Shown here piece by piece: positions 1-7,826 of a stretch of 64,000 nucleotides of DNA. The notes under the pieces are model-generated. The model saw nothing but the letters and a program-made list of their open reading frames with translations. It made no database searches and was not told the origin of the DNA. The stretch spans positions 30,520 through 94,519 of the forward strand of contig CAYWLO010000003.1 in NCBI GenBank assembly GCA_964459035.1, read 5' to 3'. A program made the position numbers and the translations under genes. Each line of letters opens with the position of its first letter. The stretch's first letter is position 1. This DNA comes from an uncultured Polyangiaceae bacterium. Lineage in GTDB: Bacteria > Myxococcota_A > Polyangia > Polyangiales > Polyangiaceae.

Positions 1-1301
1 GCGAGAGGGGGCGCATGTGCTCGCTGGGTACTGGGCGGCAATTGCTGGGGGACAAGATTGTTTCTATTGGCTTGAACGACGACTTGGTCTGGACCTTTTC
101 TGACAAAACCCCGTGCACCCAACGCTCCGATCAGGTCCTCGGCGCTTAAGCTACTTCCGGAGGTCGAGACCGCAGCATTTTCGATCACTCCCCGTAGCTC
201 GCGGATATTTCCAGGCCAAAAGTGGGTCTCCAAGAGACTTTTCGCATCGCCCGTGAGCCGTAGACTAGGATGTCCGTGATCTCGGCAGAATCGACGGAGA
301 AAATTCGTCGCCAGGGGGCCGATATCGGAGGGGTGGTCACGCAGGGCGGGGGTGCCAATCGCAAAACCAGCCAGTCGATAGTAGAGGTCTGGACGGAACG
401 TGTCCTTTGCCTCCGTCAGAGATTTATTGGTGGCACTGATGACGCGGGCTGAAAGCTCCCGCTCTTTGTTGGCCCCGACAGGGCGAAACATACGTGTCTC
501 AAGTACCCTCAGCAATTTCGGTTGCATCGAGAGGGGGAGCTCCCCAATTTCGTCCAAGAAAATTGTGCCAGAGCCGGCCGCTTCGAGGAGACCAATGCGT
601 GCTGCGCGCGCGTTGGTGAATGCACCTGCTGCATGACCAAATATTTCGCTTTCGAAGAGGGCTTCCGGAATAGCGGAGCAGTTGACGCTGATGAAAGGCT
701 CTGTGGGGCAGGTGAGATCGTGAATTGCGTTGGCAACTAACTCTTTGCCGGTGCCTGTTTCCCCGCAAACAAGCACGGACATGCGCGGAAATTCTGCCAC
801 CCGCTGAACCTGTGAGCGAATTGCCGCCATTGCAGGCGCCGTTCCCAACAGTCTTTCCAACCCGACTTCGGCGCGAGCCATACTGGTTGATTCGGGCTCA
901 CCTTTTCGTCGTCGCTCTAGCCTGCCTATCCAGTCCAGCAGAACCTGGGGAGGTGCTGGTTTTTCGAAGAGTTCGCGAATGCCGTTCTCTTGAGCCCACA
1001 ATGCTGGTGGAGAGTCAAGATTGGAGGTGTGCACGAGTATATCGGGGCGGGCAGAGCCGGCGGCTAGTTCAGCTAATAAATTGTGACCCGCGTTTCCCTC
1101 CAAGCCCATGAGGACGAGGCCTACAGGCCCCGATTGCACCAGTTGAAGGCATGTCTCCCTGTCCGTAGCGACTGCGACTGTGTGTCCAGCTGACTCGACA
1201 ACCCGCTGGAGAGCTCGGGCAACCCCTCGATCATCGTCTACAATCAGAATTGCGTACTCTGTCTTGGTCCAACTGGAACCTGCACATGATGGATCAATCA
1301 A
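1..1301 (-). CDS. sigma-54-dependent transcriptional activator (NtrC-family bEBP) with receiver and AAA+ domains; the C-terminal end runs off the window
   Basis: This is my own minus-strand translation; the ORF is absent from the track because there is no stop in the window. It reads a receiver-like N-terminus (AILIVDDDRGVARALQRVVESAGH...ELFEKP), Walker A VLVCGETGTGKELVANAIH, Walker B GTIFLDEIGEL, the sigma-54 contact loop FGHAAGAFTNA, then HFWPGNIRELRGVIE. An in-frame TAA lies just upstream. The first plausible start is a TTG whose first base is at 1301. Confidence 0.85.
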   Translation of the reverse strand, partial: MIDPSCAGSSWTKTEYAILIVDDDRGVARALQRVVESAGHTVAVATDRETCLQLVQSGPVGLVLMGLEGNAGHNLLAELAAGSARPDILVHTSNLDSPPALWAQENGIRELFEKPAPPQVLLDWIGRLERRRKGEPESTSMARAEVGLERLLGTAPAMAAIRSQVQRVAEFPRMSVLVCGETGTGKELVANAIHDLTCPTEPFISVNCSAIPEALFESEIFGHAAGAFTNARAARIGLLEAAGSGTIFLDEIGELPLSMQPKLLRVLETRMFRPVGANKERELSARVISATNKSLTEAKDTFRPDLYYRLAGFAIGTPALRDHPSDIGPLATNFLRRFCRDHGHPSLRLTGDAKSLLETHFWPGNIRELRGVIENAAVSTSGSSLSAEDLIGALGARGFVRKGPDQVVVQANRNNLVPQQLPPSTQRAHAPPL

Positions 1302-1580
1302 AACTTGTCTCGGGCGCTCTTGTGTAGACTTTCTATTGTGCCGCCATGGAGACCCTTAGTCTAGAGCTGCCGGGCTCGTTGAGCTTTTCTGGGAGGATGA
1401 CTGGGTGGATCTCCTACATTGTAGAAGGGCTATTGCGCAGCTTTTTCGATGCATGCCCGGCCAACATTTCAAAAAACAATAAGCAGATACCAAGAACAAA
1501 TGTCGAGAATAGTTGGGAGAAGCTTCCGAAAAACCTTTACTGATCTTAGAGGGAGCAACGGTCGTTTCAAATAAGATGGC

Positions 1581-1958
1581 ATGACCTCTGCTTGGCTCAC
1601 ACCCATGGGCACTGGAGACAAAACGGAGAAGGATATTTTGGTCGATTGCGATCGTGGGCGCGCTCTAGGGTGCAAGAGCTTTTGTTGTCGGCTGATTGTG
1701 AGACTCGCACCGGGTGAACGTGATCCCAGTTTTCCAGATAATCGCGAGAAGTCTTGCGTAGACAAGCATCAAAAAACGGGGCTTTGCCTCCAATTTGATG
1801 AGGAAACTAGCCTTTGTGCCTGCTGGAACGCTCGGCCATTGGCTTGCCGTACTTACAATTGCTCCCAGGATAGTCGGCTAAGAGTTGTTTTGGAGGAAGG
1901 CTTCTCTTCCCTCGTACAATTGGCCACAAGCGACGCTCTGCGCAAGAAGTGCAGGTAG
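1581..1958 (+). CDS. YkgJ/UPF0153-type cysteine-cluster (zinc/iron-chelating) protein
   Basis: 125-aa ORF. Its Cys pattern is VDCDRGRALGCKSFCC near the N-terminus and GLCLQFDEETSLCACWNARPLACRTYNC near the C-terminus. This is typical of the CxxCxxCC putative Fe-S/zinc domain family. Confidence 0.6.
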   Translation: MTSAWLTPMGTGDKTEKDILVDCDRGRALGCKSFCCRLIVRLAPGERDPSFPDNREKSCVDKHQKTGLCLQFDEETSLCACWNARPLACRTYNCSQDSRLRVVLEEGFSSLVQLATSDALRKKCR

Positions 1959-2018
1959 GCATCTGACTCAATGTTAGCAGGACGAGGCCTCCGAAAAACT
2001 TGAGCGCAGGGTTTGATC

Positions 2019-2276
2019 TCAAGGGCGTTGATCGTTGTCCTTCGCGTGGCCCGTCGCGTCTTGGCGATCTACTCCAGAAATGATCGCCTGCCCTGCTTTG
2101 CTCGATCGGTAGTGGGTACCGTCGCAGAAAGGCGGAGAGCCCGACTCACCACAGCTGCATAAGACGACTTGAGTCCTCCCTTGAAGTGAAATCTCATTCT
2201 CGTCTCGGTCAAGGAGACGAAACTCTCCGCGAATGGAAAGGGCTCCATCGCTGCGAACCTTGATGGTCGTGCTCAT
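2019..2276 (-). CDS. CDGSH iron-sulfur domain protein
   Basis: 85 aa with the signature C-S-C-G-ESGSPPF-C-D-G-T-H (CSCGESGSPPFCDGTH). Its ATG overlaps the stop of the upstream globin gene (ATGA at 2273-2276). Confidence 0.8.
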   Translation of the reverse strand: MSTTIKVRSDGALSIRGEFRLLDRDENEISLQGRTQVVLCSCGESGSPPFCDGTHYRSSKAGQAIISGVDRQDATGHAKDNDQRP

Positions 2277-2890
2277 GATACTTGCCTATTGGGTAGTGTT
2301 TTCTCTGCGCAGCGTGTGCAAATCGTGCGCCCTGTGCGCACGTGGTATGTGCCTCTTCCGCCCACGTCGATAGGGCTTTCACAGGCGTCGCAGAGGGTGC
2401 CAAATTCAAGAATTATATCATTGAAGCCTTCTAGAGGAATCGGAACGCCGTGCAGTTTTTTCGCACGTGCCTTTTCCTTGACTATCTGCTTGCGAAACGA
2501 TTCGTCGATGAGGCGAATTTTTTCAACGCCCCGATCACTCAAGCCCGCTCGGCGAAAACATGAGCAGAGGAGTTCTTCCCGGTAGTCAAAGAGCTCATTG
2601 GAGATCACCATCCAATGGTGAGCATTGCGCGGTCGATCTCCAAAATATCCCCGCTCTCCCGCAATGATGCCACGCAGAAAAGAATATTGCTGCTCAGCAA
2701 CTCGAGACTGGGTGATACCTTCAAAAAAGTGGGCTAGGCGCGAGTCCAGAAATACGCGGGCGTAAAAATCCTTGAGAACGACGGAGAGTAGTTTGCCCTC
2801 CTCAAGTTCACGCCAGAGCTCGGGTGATGAACTCAAGGGTCCTTTGCGTTCGCGCGTTGAGAAAGGTTTAGATTGACTGGCTGTAGACAC
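2273..2890 (-). CDS. bacterial-like (truncated) globin with a C-terminal zinc-ribbon-like tail
   Basis: 205 aa. The globin-like core reads LKDFYARVFLDSRLAHFFEG...QQYSFLRGIIAG...RPRNAHHWMVISNELFDYREELL. The tail carries CDAC...(17 aa)...CTRC. Confidence 0.7.
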   Translation of the reverse strand: MSTASQSKPFSTRERKGPLSSSPELWRELEEGKLLSVVLKDFYARVFLDSRLAHFFEGITQSRVAEQQYSFLRGIIAGERGYFGDRPRNAHHWMVISNELFDYREELLCSCFRRAGLSDRGVEKIRLIDESFRKQIVKEKARAKKLHGVPIPLEGFNDIILEFGTLCDACESPIDVGGRGTYHVRTGRTICTRCAEKTLPNRQVS

Positions 2891-2923
2891 GCAGGGAGAG
2901 TAGCACTTTATATGCCAAGCCTC

Positions 2924-3934
2924 TTATGCCCTTGATTCGTTGAGCGCCTCAGCGACGAGACCCTTGAGTTCGTCACGAGCAGCGTCGGTCTTTTGGGGCA
3001 AGCGTCTGCCCGCTCGCGAGGAAGGAGGCATGGCCATCATGAGGGCCTCGACCTCAGCTAGATCCATATTTGAGTCAAAATTCTCGTTGAGGAGGGCTGC
3101 TGTGTCCTGTTTCTTGAATTTACGAAGCATATTTGAAAGAAATGCACCCGGCTCGGTCAGACGAAAATCTCCCCGGGCTAGACTTTTTGGATCTTGCTTC
3201 AGCGATTGAAGCAAGTGTTTGTTGGAGCGAACTAATCGCGTTGCCTCGGACAGAGCGCTGCGCTGGGTCAAATCCAAAGATTTTTTTGCGGTAGTAGCGT
3301 CGTGCCCGCCTAACTCAGCGAAGAGCGCGACTGCAATTGCTAACTCGGAGACGCCCACCTTGGTGACGCTTGCAATTTGCGGCCCGCCACAACTCTTTGC
3401 GTAAATATAGCTTCCTTGCAGCATCAAGGGACCCAAGCCCAATGCAACTGCAATGAAGTCGGCTGTGACATCGACAGGGGGTTCAAATACCTCTCCTTCT
3501 TTTTGAGTTTCGACTAGAAAAACGAAAGCGAGAGAACGCGCCAAGTTTGTCGTGAGCGCGACGGGGTGACGCAACTCCTGGGCTGGAACCTGTAGGATCC
3601 AAGCGTCCCCTTCGTCCAAGAGGCGGGTGAATCCACCGCCGGATTGGGGAGTGGCACAGGCGCCGCTGCCACAGCCACTCTTTTTTGGCTCGGGGCTATC
3701 GGATGCGACCACCCGCGTAGAAATGGGAATATCGCCCAAGCCAGCATACCCCTGCATTCTTTCAGCAAGTAGCGCCACTGAGTTTTTGTCCCCGGTGAAT
3801 TGATCAGGAAAAAAATCACCGTTGGGCAAAACTAAAGGGCGGTCGCCCAAGTCGTCTGCGTACCGTGTGACAATGCGCGCGTATCGTTGAATAACTGCAC
3901 GCGTAACTTGAGCCGGGGGGAGCTGCATGTGCAT
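2924..3934 (-). CDS. hypothetical protein (336 aa)
   Basis: A long ORF in a coherent coding frame. It has no motif I recognise and contains a Gly/Cys-rich linker GCGSGACATPQSGGG. The plus-strand ORFs overlapping it look like antisense artefacts. Confidence 0.5.
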   Translation of the reverse strand: MHMQLPPAQVTRAVIQRYARIVTRYADDLGDRPLVLPNGDFFPDQFTGDKNSVALLAERMQGYAGLGDIPISTRVVASDSPEPKKSGCGSGACATPQSGGGFTRLLDEGDAWILQVPAQELRHPVALTTNLARSLAFVFLVETQKEGEVFEPPVDVTADFIAVALGLGPLMLQGSYIYAKSCGGPQIASVTKVGVSELAIAVALFAELGGHDATTAKKSLDLTQRSALSEATRLVRSNKHLLQSLKQDPKSLARGDFRLTEPGAFLSNMLRKFKKQDTAALLNENFDSNMDLAEVEALMMAMPPSSRAGRRLPQKTDAARDELKGLVAEALNESRA

Positions 3935-4017
3935 ATCCTGTCAGAGCTTTTATGTTCTGGCCAGAAAATGGGTCTGACGGCCGGAAATTAATTCTTGTCC
4001 AGCATTTCGAGAACTAT

Positions 4018-4674
4018 TTAACGCAGTCCACGTCTTTTTCTTTCCAGCTCTGCCAGACGGGTCACCACGCCTCGGGCAACAATTGCCAGGACCTGCTTCG
4101 TCAGTGCAATTCGCTCCGCGGGGCGTCCACCAAAGCTCAAACGACTTTTAGCGCTGCGTCGGCCGGGCAAGCTGCCGACGGCTTCGCACTGTATTCTCAA
4201 AGCGCCATCGTCAATTGCATAGCTAAGTTTAGACACCTCGAAGCGGTATTCTATGCGATTGTCTCGGCCTGCACCCCAATCTGCCCTGTAAGCTTCTCGC
4301 TGGAGAGCCCGTTTGAGGTGTTTCTCTAATCCAGCCGAGCCGTGGATATTCTTTGGAAACTTGAGGCTATCTAGATGAATTTCCGGATGCCCAGTGCGAG
4401 ATTTTTCACCATCTTCGCCCAGTGCCACGGCTTGAATTTGTTTTACACTAAACAAATGAGCAGTTCCTTGAGTCTCCTGTGCTTCGAAATGGCCTTCTGT
4501 CAGTGGCGCGGCTTGAAGCCCCTGCGTCTGAGAGAGCCCAGCGAGGGGGATCAAGAGCGCCCCCGCAATCCATGGTCGAATAAAAAGACGAGAACGGTGA
4601 CGAGAAGCGGGGGTAAGGGGCAGAACCAAGGCAGACACACGCTGATAGTAAGTTTTCTTCGGTGTGGCGGACAA
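4018..4674 (-). CDS. hypothetical secreted protein
   Basis: 218-aa ORF with a basic N-terminus followed by a hydrophobic segment (RPWIAGALLIPLAGLSQTQGLQAAP). No recognisable catalytic motif. Confidence 0.5.
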   Translation of the reverse strand: MSATPKKTYYQRVSALVLPLTPASRHRSRLFIRPWIAGALLIPLAGLSQTQGLQAAPLTEGHFEAQETQGTAHLFSVKQIQAVALGEDGEKSRTGHPEIHLDSLKFPKNIHGSAGLEKHLKRALQREAYRADWGAGRDNRIEYRFEVSKLSYAIDDGALRIQCEAVGSLPGRRSAKSRLSFGGRPAERIALTKQVLAIVARGVVTRLAELERKRRGLR

Positions 4675-4785
4675 CTATTTCATGAAACGAGCACAGGCCC
4701 AGGCGGAGATGTCGAGTCTCAGCAAGTCTTCTTCAATGATTGTCCCGTTACGTAGCCCTTCAAAGCAAGGTAGGGTCCATGGGCG

Positions 4786-6480
4786 ATGAGTGATAACGCA
4801 GTCGACGTAGACGTGATTGTAATTGGCGGGGGCGTCAACGGCACGGGGGTCGCGCGTGATTGCGCCCTGAGGGGTATTCGGGTTGCGCTCTTCGAGAAGA
4901 ACGATATTGGCTTTGGTGCCAGTGGTAATTCGAGTGGCATGATTCATGGGGGCCCGCGCTACCTCACCAAGAATCCAAGTGTGACCTACACGTCTTGTTT
5001 AGATTCTGGTCACATTCAGGAGATAGCTCCTCACCTTCTATTTCGTGTACCGTTCTTGGTTCCCGTTTTTGGCTCGGGACTCTTGAAGAAGGTCGAGTTA
5101 GCCACTTATGATGCTTTCTTTGACGTTTATGATCGCTATCAAGATCTTAAACACGGAAAAAAACACCTTCGTTTTGACGGAGAGCAAGTTGCGAGCCTAG
5201 CACCGGGCTTGATTCCTACGACTGGGGCCGTGAGCTTTGATGAGTGGGGCATCGATGGCGTTCGTCTGTGTCTGTCTAATTTACAAGATGCGGCAGAGCG
5301 TGGAACTCAGGTATTTAATCATTGTACGGTCACCAAAATTGAGAGAAAAAGCGGCGGAGTAGTTCAAGGTGTTCGTTTTTTTGATGCGGTGTCCGGGCGT
5401 TCTAGGTTCTTGTCCTCCCGCTTTGTCGTGAACGCGACAGGAGCGTGGGCTCCTATTACCGCTGCTCTTGGCCAACTCCCTACGAACGCTCTGCGTTTGC
5501 GGCCCGGCAAAGGAATTCACGTTTTCTTAGAAAAACGACTTTCGAACTTTGCGATTGTGACCAAAGCAATTGACGGTCGCCAAGTATTTCTCCTGCCCTG
5601 GCAAAATATGAGCGTTTTGGGCACAACGGACGACGACTATTACGGCGACCTGGATGATGTACGCGCAACCACGGCTGAAGTGCGTTATTTGCGCGAGGCC
5701 ATCGCGAGGGTGGTGCCGGCTGTACGAACAGCTCGCGCAATTGGCACGACAGCAGGGGTGCGCCCCACTCTCTATGAGTGGGGAAAACAAGCTGATGCGC
5801 TGAGCCGTGAGCATTTTATTGCAGACCATGCCCAACAAGGTGCCCCTGGACTTTTCAGTATGATGGGAGGCAAGCTTGCGAGCTATCGCCTCTTTTCTGA
5901 AGAGATGACTGATGTATTAGCTAAAAAGTTATGCAAAGAGCGCAAGTGTCAAACCCACAAACTCTCTTTGCCAGGGGGGGAAGAAAAAGTAGAAGAAAGC
6001 GATGTTCTCGTTCTTGCTGAACAATTTAAACTTGACGAACTCAGTGTGAGTCGTCTTGTCTACCGCCATGGTTCTCGGGCTCGTCATCTTTTGCTTGATT
6101 CTGAAAGCAACCCCAAAAAAAGACGTGTGGTCTGCCCCTGTGAGTCCGTTTTAGAACTAGAGATTGAACATTCTGTGCGCAAAGAATGGGCTTTGAGCGT
6201 GAGCGATGTGTCTAGGCGGACACGCTTGGGCTTGGGCTCGTGTGGGGGCATGCGCTGCGCTTTGGACTGTGGGCGAATTGTAGCGGACGTCCGAGGTCAG
6301 AGCCCTCGTGATGGGCTCGCCTCGGCGGCAGAGTTTTTACAAAAGAGTCTTGTGAAACGTTTGCCTGCTATGGGCCCAGAACAAGCTCGCCAAGAGGCTT
6401 TGAGTGCCGCGCACTTATGCGCCCAAGGAGGAATTTTTCCAGACAATTCGCTTAATTTGGAGGGCGTTGATTGTGAGTAA
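4786..6480 (+). CDS. glpA: FAD-dependent glycerol-3-phosphate dehydrogenase, anaerobic-type subunit A
   Basis: N-terminal dinucleotide fold DVIVIGGGVNGTGVARDCALRGIRVALFEKND..GASGNSSGMIHGGPRYL, collinear with E. coli GlpA. The C-terminal BFD-like Cys motif reads VCPCESV...LGLGSCGGMRCA. Confidence 0.85.
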   Translation: MSDNAVDVDVIVIGGGVNGTGVARDCALRGIRVALFEKNDIGFGASGNSSGMIHGGPRYLTKNPSVTYTSCLDSGHIQEIAPHLLFRVPFLVPVFGSGLLKKVELATYDAFFDVYDRYQDLKHGKKHLRFDGEQVASLAPGLIPTTGAVSFDEWGIDGVRLCLSNLQDAAERGTQVFNHCTVTKIERKSGGVVQGVRFFDAVSGRSRFLSSRFVVNATGAWAPITAALGQLPTNALRLRPGKGIHVFLEKRLSNFAIVTKAIDGRQVFLLPWQNMSVLGTTDDDYYGDLDDVRATTAEVRYLREAIARVVPAVRTARAIGTTAGVRPTLYEWGKQADALSREHFIADHAQQGAPGLFSMMGGKLASYRLFSEEMTDVLAKKLCKERKCQTHKLSLPGGEEKVEESDVLVLAEQFKLDELSVSRLVYRHGSRARHLLLDSESNPKKRRVVCPCESVLELEIEHSVRKEWALSVSDVSRRTRLGLGSCGGMRCALDCGRIVADVRGQSPRDGLASAAEFLQKSLVKRLPAMGPEQARQEALSAAHLCAQGGIFPDNSLNLEGVDCE

Positions 6481-7702
6481 AGGCCACTTAGCGCACTCTC
6501 CAGAGAGGGGGCGACTCCTGGTTGTGGGGGCGGGCATTAGCGGTTTGGCAGCGTGCGCGGTGGCGCGCGAGCGAGGTCTCAACCCAATATTAATTAACTC
6601 CGGGACGGGAGCCTCGGCCTTAACAAGCGGAGCTGTAGGGTACAATGAGTCAAGGGCTTCCTCCGAGAAAGGGGAGTCGATTGCGTCCGCACTTGACGGG
6701 AAATGGGCACGGAATTTTTTGGAGACCTTGGGCCTCTACCGCGGGGGGGCTTCGTGGGTGGCAACCTACGAGGGAATTGTGCGCCCTGCGCAAATGGTGG
6801 GCGAGCTTGTGCTTTCTCTCGACGAGCATAAGGGTAAAACCATAGGGGTTATCGATATCGGTCGAGGGGATTTCTGCGCCGAGCGCTTGGCCTCGGCCTA
6901 TCGTCAAGAAGAATGGTCCAGGCGTTCGCGGACTCAATTTACACCCCTCAAACTATCATCAGTATGGAGCCCGGTTGAAGCGAGCTATCCTTTAGCTCAT
7001 TTCTGCCGACTTCTTGACGAAAAGGAGCGTTTTTATCGTTTTCAGCGAGAGCTTCTTTCTATAAAAGATCAATTTCCTGAGCTCGGGGCTTTTCTCTTGG
7101 GACCGTGGCTGGGCGTAGAAACAAAGAAACCTTCTGAGCAAGTAAGCCTTCCTTTCGGTGAGGTTCTGAGCCCACCCGAGGGACCATTTGGTCGACGTTT
7201 CTTGCGCGCGCGAGCTCACTGGCTTGATAAACAGAACGTACAAATGCACGACGAACACGTGATTGCTCTGGCTTTCGAGGAAGGAGGCGTACGGGTGGAG
7301 TCGAGGACTCCCGAGGGCGAGCCTGTCTACCGTTGGGTCGAGGGATTGGTCGTCGCAACGGGAGGATTGCTCGGTGGGGGTGTGGGACTAAAAGGCTCCT
7401 TCAGAGGGGCCCCAGCCGATTTATGCTTGGAGCTAGCGCATGGCGTTGAGGTCGAGGGGGCTTCTTTGCGCGGGGAAATTTCCGGGTGGGACGCTCAAGA
7501 GGCTGGAGGGGCTTGGATTCGTTCGCCCCATTGGAGGCAGAATAGGGCGGCGCCCCTGGCGACGAATCTGATTCAGATTGCCGGGGACGCGAGCCCACGG
7601 GACGCTGGTGGTGGTGGGGGGACCATCATGCACGCGGTGATTTCAGCTCGTCGAGCAGCGCTGAGGACACCGCCTCTTTTGGGGTGCCCCGCACCCTCAT
7701 AA
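6473..7702 (+). CDS. GlpB-like FAD-dependent oxidoreductase (putative G3P dehydrogenase subunit B)
   Basis: Contains LLVVGAGISGLAACAVARERGL (GxGxxG), LVVATGGLLGGGV and a C-terminal IAGDAS...GGGGGTIMHAVISARRAA. I moved the start to GTG 6473, which overlaps the glpA stop by 8 nt. The track start at 6404 would lie deep inside glpA. Confidence 0.55.
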   Translation: MSKGHLAHSPERGRLLVVGAGISGLAACAVARERGLNPILINSGTGASALTSGAVGYNESRASSEKGESIASALDGKWARNFLETLGLYRGGASWVATYEGIVRPAQMVGELVLSLDEHKGKTIGVIDIGRGDFCAERLASAYRQEEWSRRSRTQFTPLKLSSVWSPVEASYPLAHFCRLLDEKERFYRFQRELLSIKDQFPELGAFLLGPWLGVETKKPSEQVSLPFGEVLSPPEGPFGRRFLRARAHWLDKQNVQMHDEHVIALAFEEGGVRVESRTPEGEPVYRWVEGLVVATGGLLGGGVGLKGSFRGAPADLCLELAHGVEVEGASLRGEISGWDAQEAGGAWIRSPHWRQNRAAPLATNLIQIAGDASPRDAGGGGGTIMHAVISARRAALRTPPLLGCPAPS

Positions 7703-7749
7703 AAAGAAAATCATCGTCGTCGATTCTCTATCGAAATACTGTGATCCAT

Positions 7750-7785
7750 AAAAAAACGCCTCCCCCATTTGCAGGGAGAGGCGTT
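7750..7785 (-). terminator. rho-independent terminator of acnB
   Basis: The minus strand reads AACGCCTCTCCC-TGCAAAT-GGGGGAGGCGTT followed by a run of seven T. It lies about 40 nt after the acnB stop. Confidence 0.8.
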
Positions 7786-7826
7786 CGTTGTGTCCTCTTA
7801 GTTCAAGAGAGACTGAGTGTGTGCAT

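Noticed and set aside
270-1111. Several plus-strand ORFs (270-452, 400-636, 522-740, 725-1111) and two off-frame minus-strand ORFs
   Set aside because: They lie antisense to or out of frame with a clearly recognisable sigma-54 activator reading frame (Walker A/B, GAFTNA). They are low-complexity translations typical of GC-rich antisense frames.
6404-6472. N-terminal extension of the glpB-like ORF
   Set aside because: It would overlap glpA by 77 nt in another frame. GTG 6473 gives a normal 8-nt coupling overlap and places the GxGxxG fold near the N-terminus.
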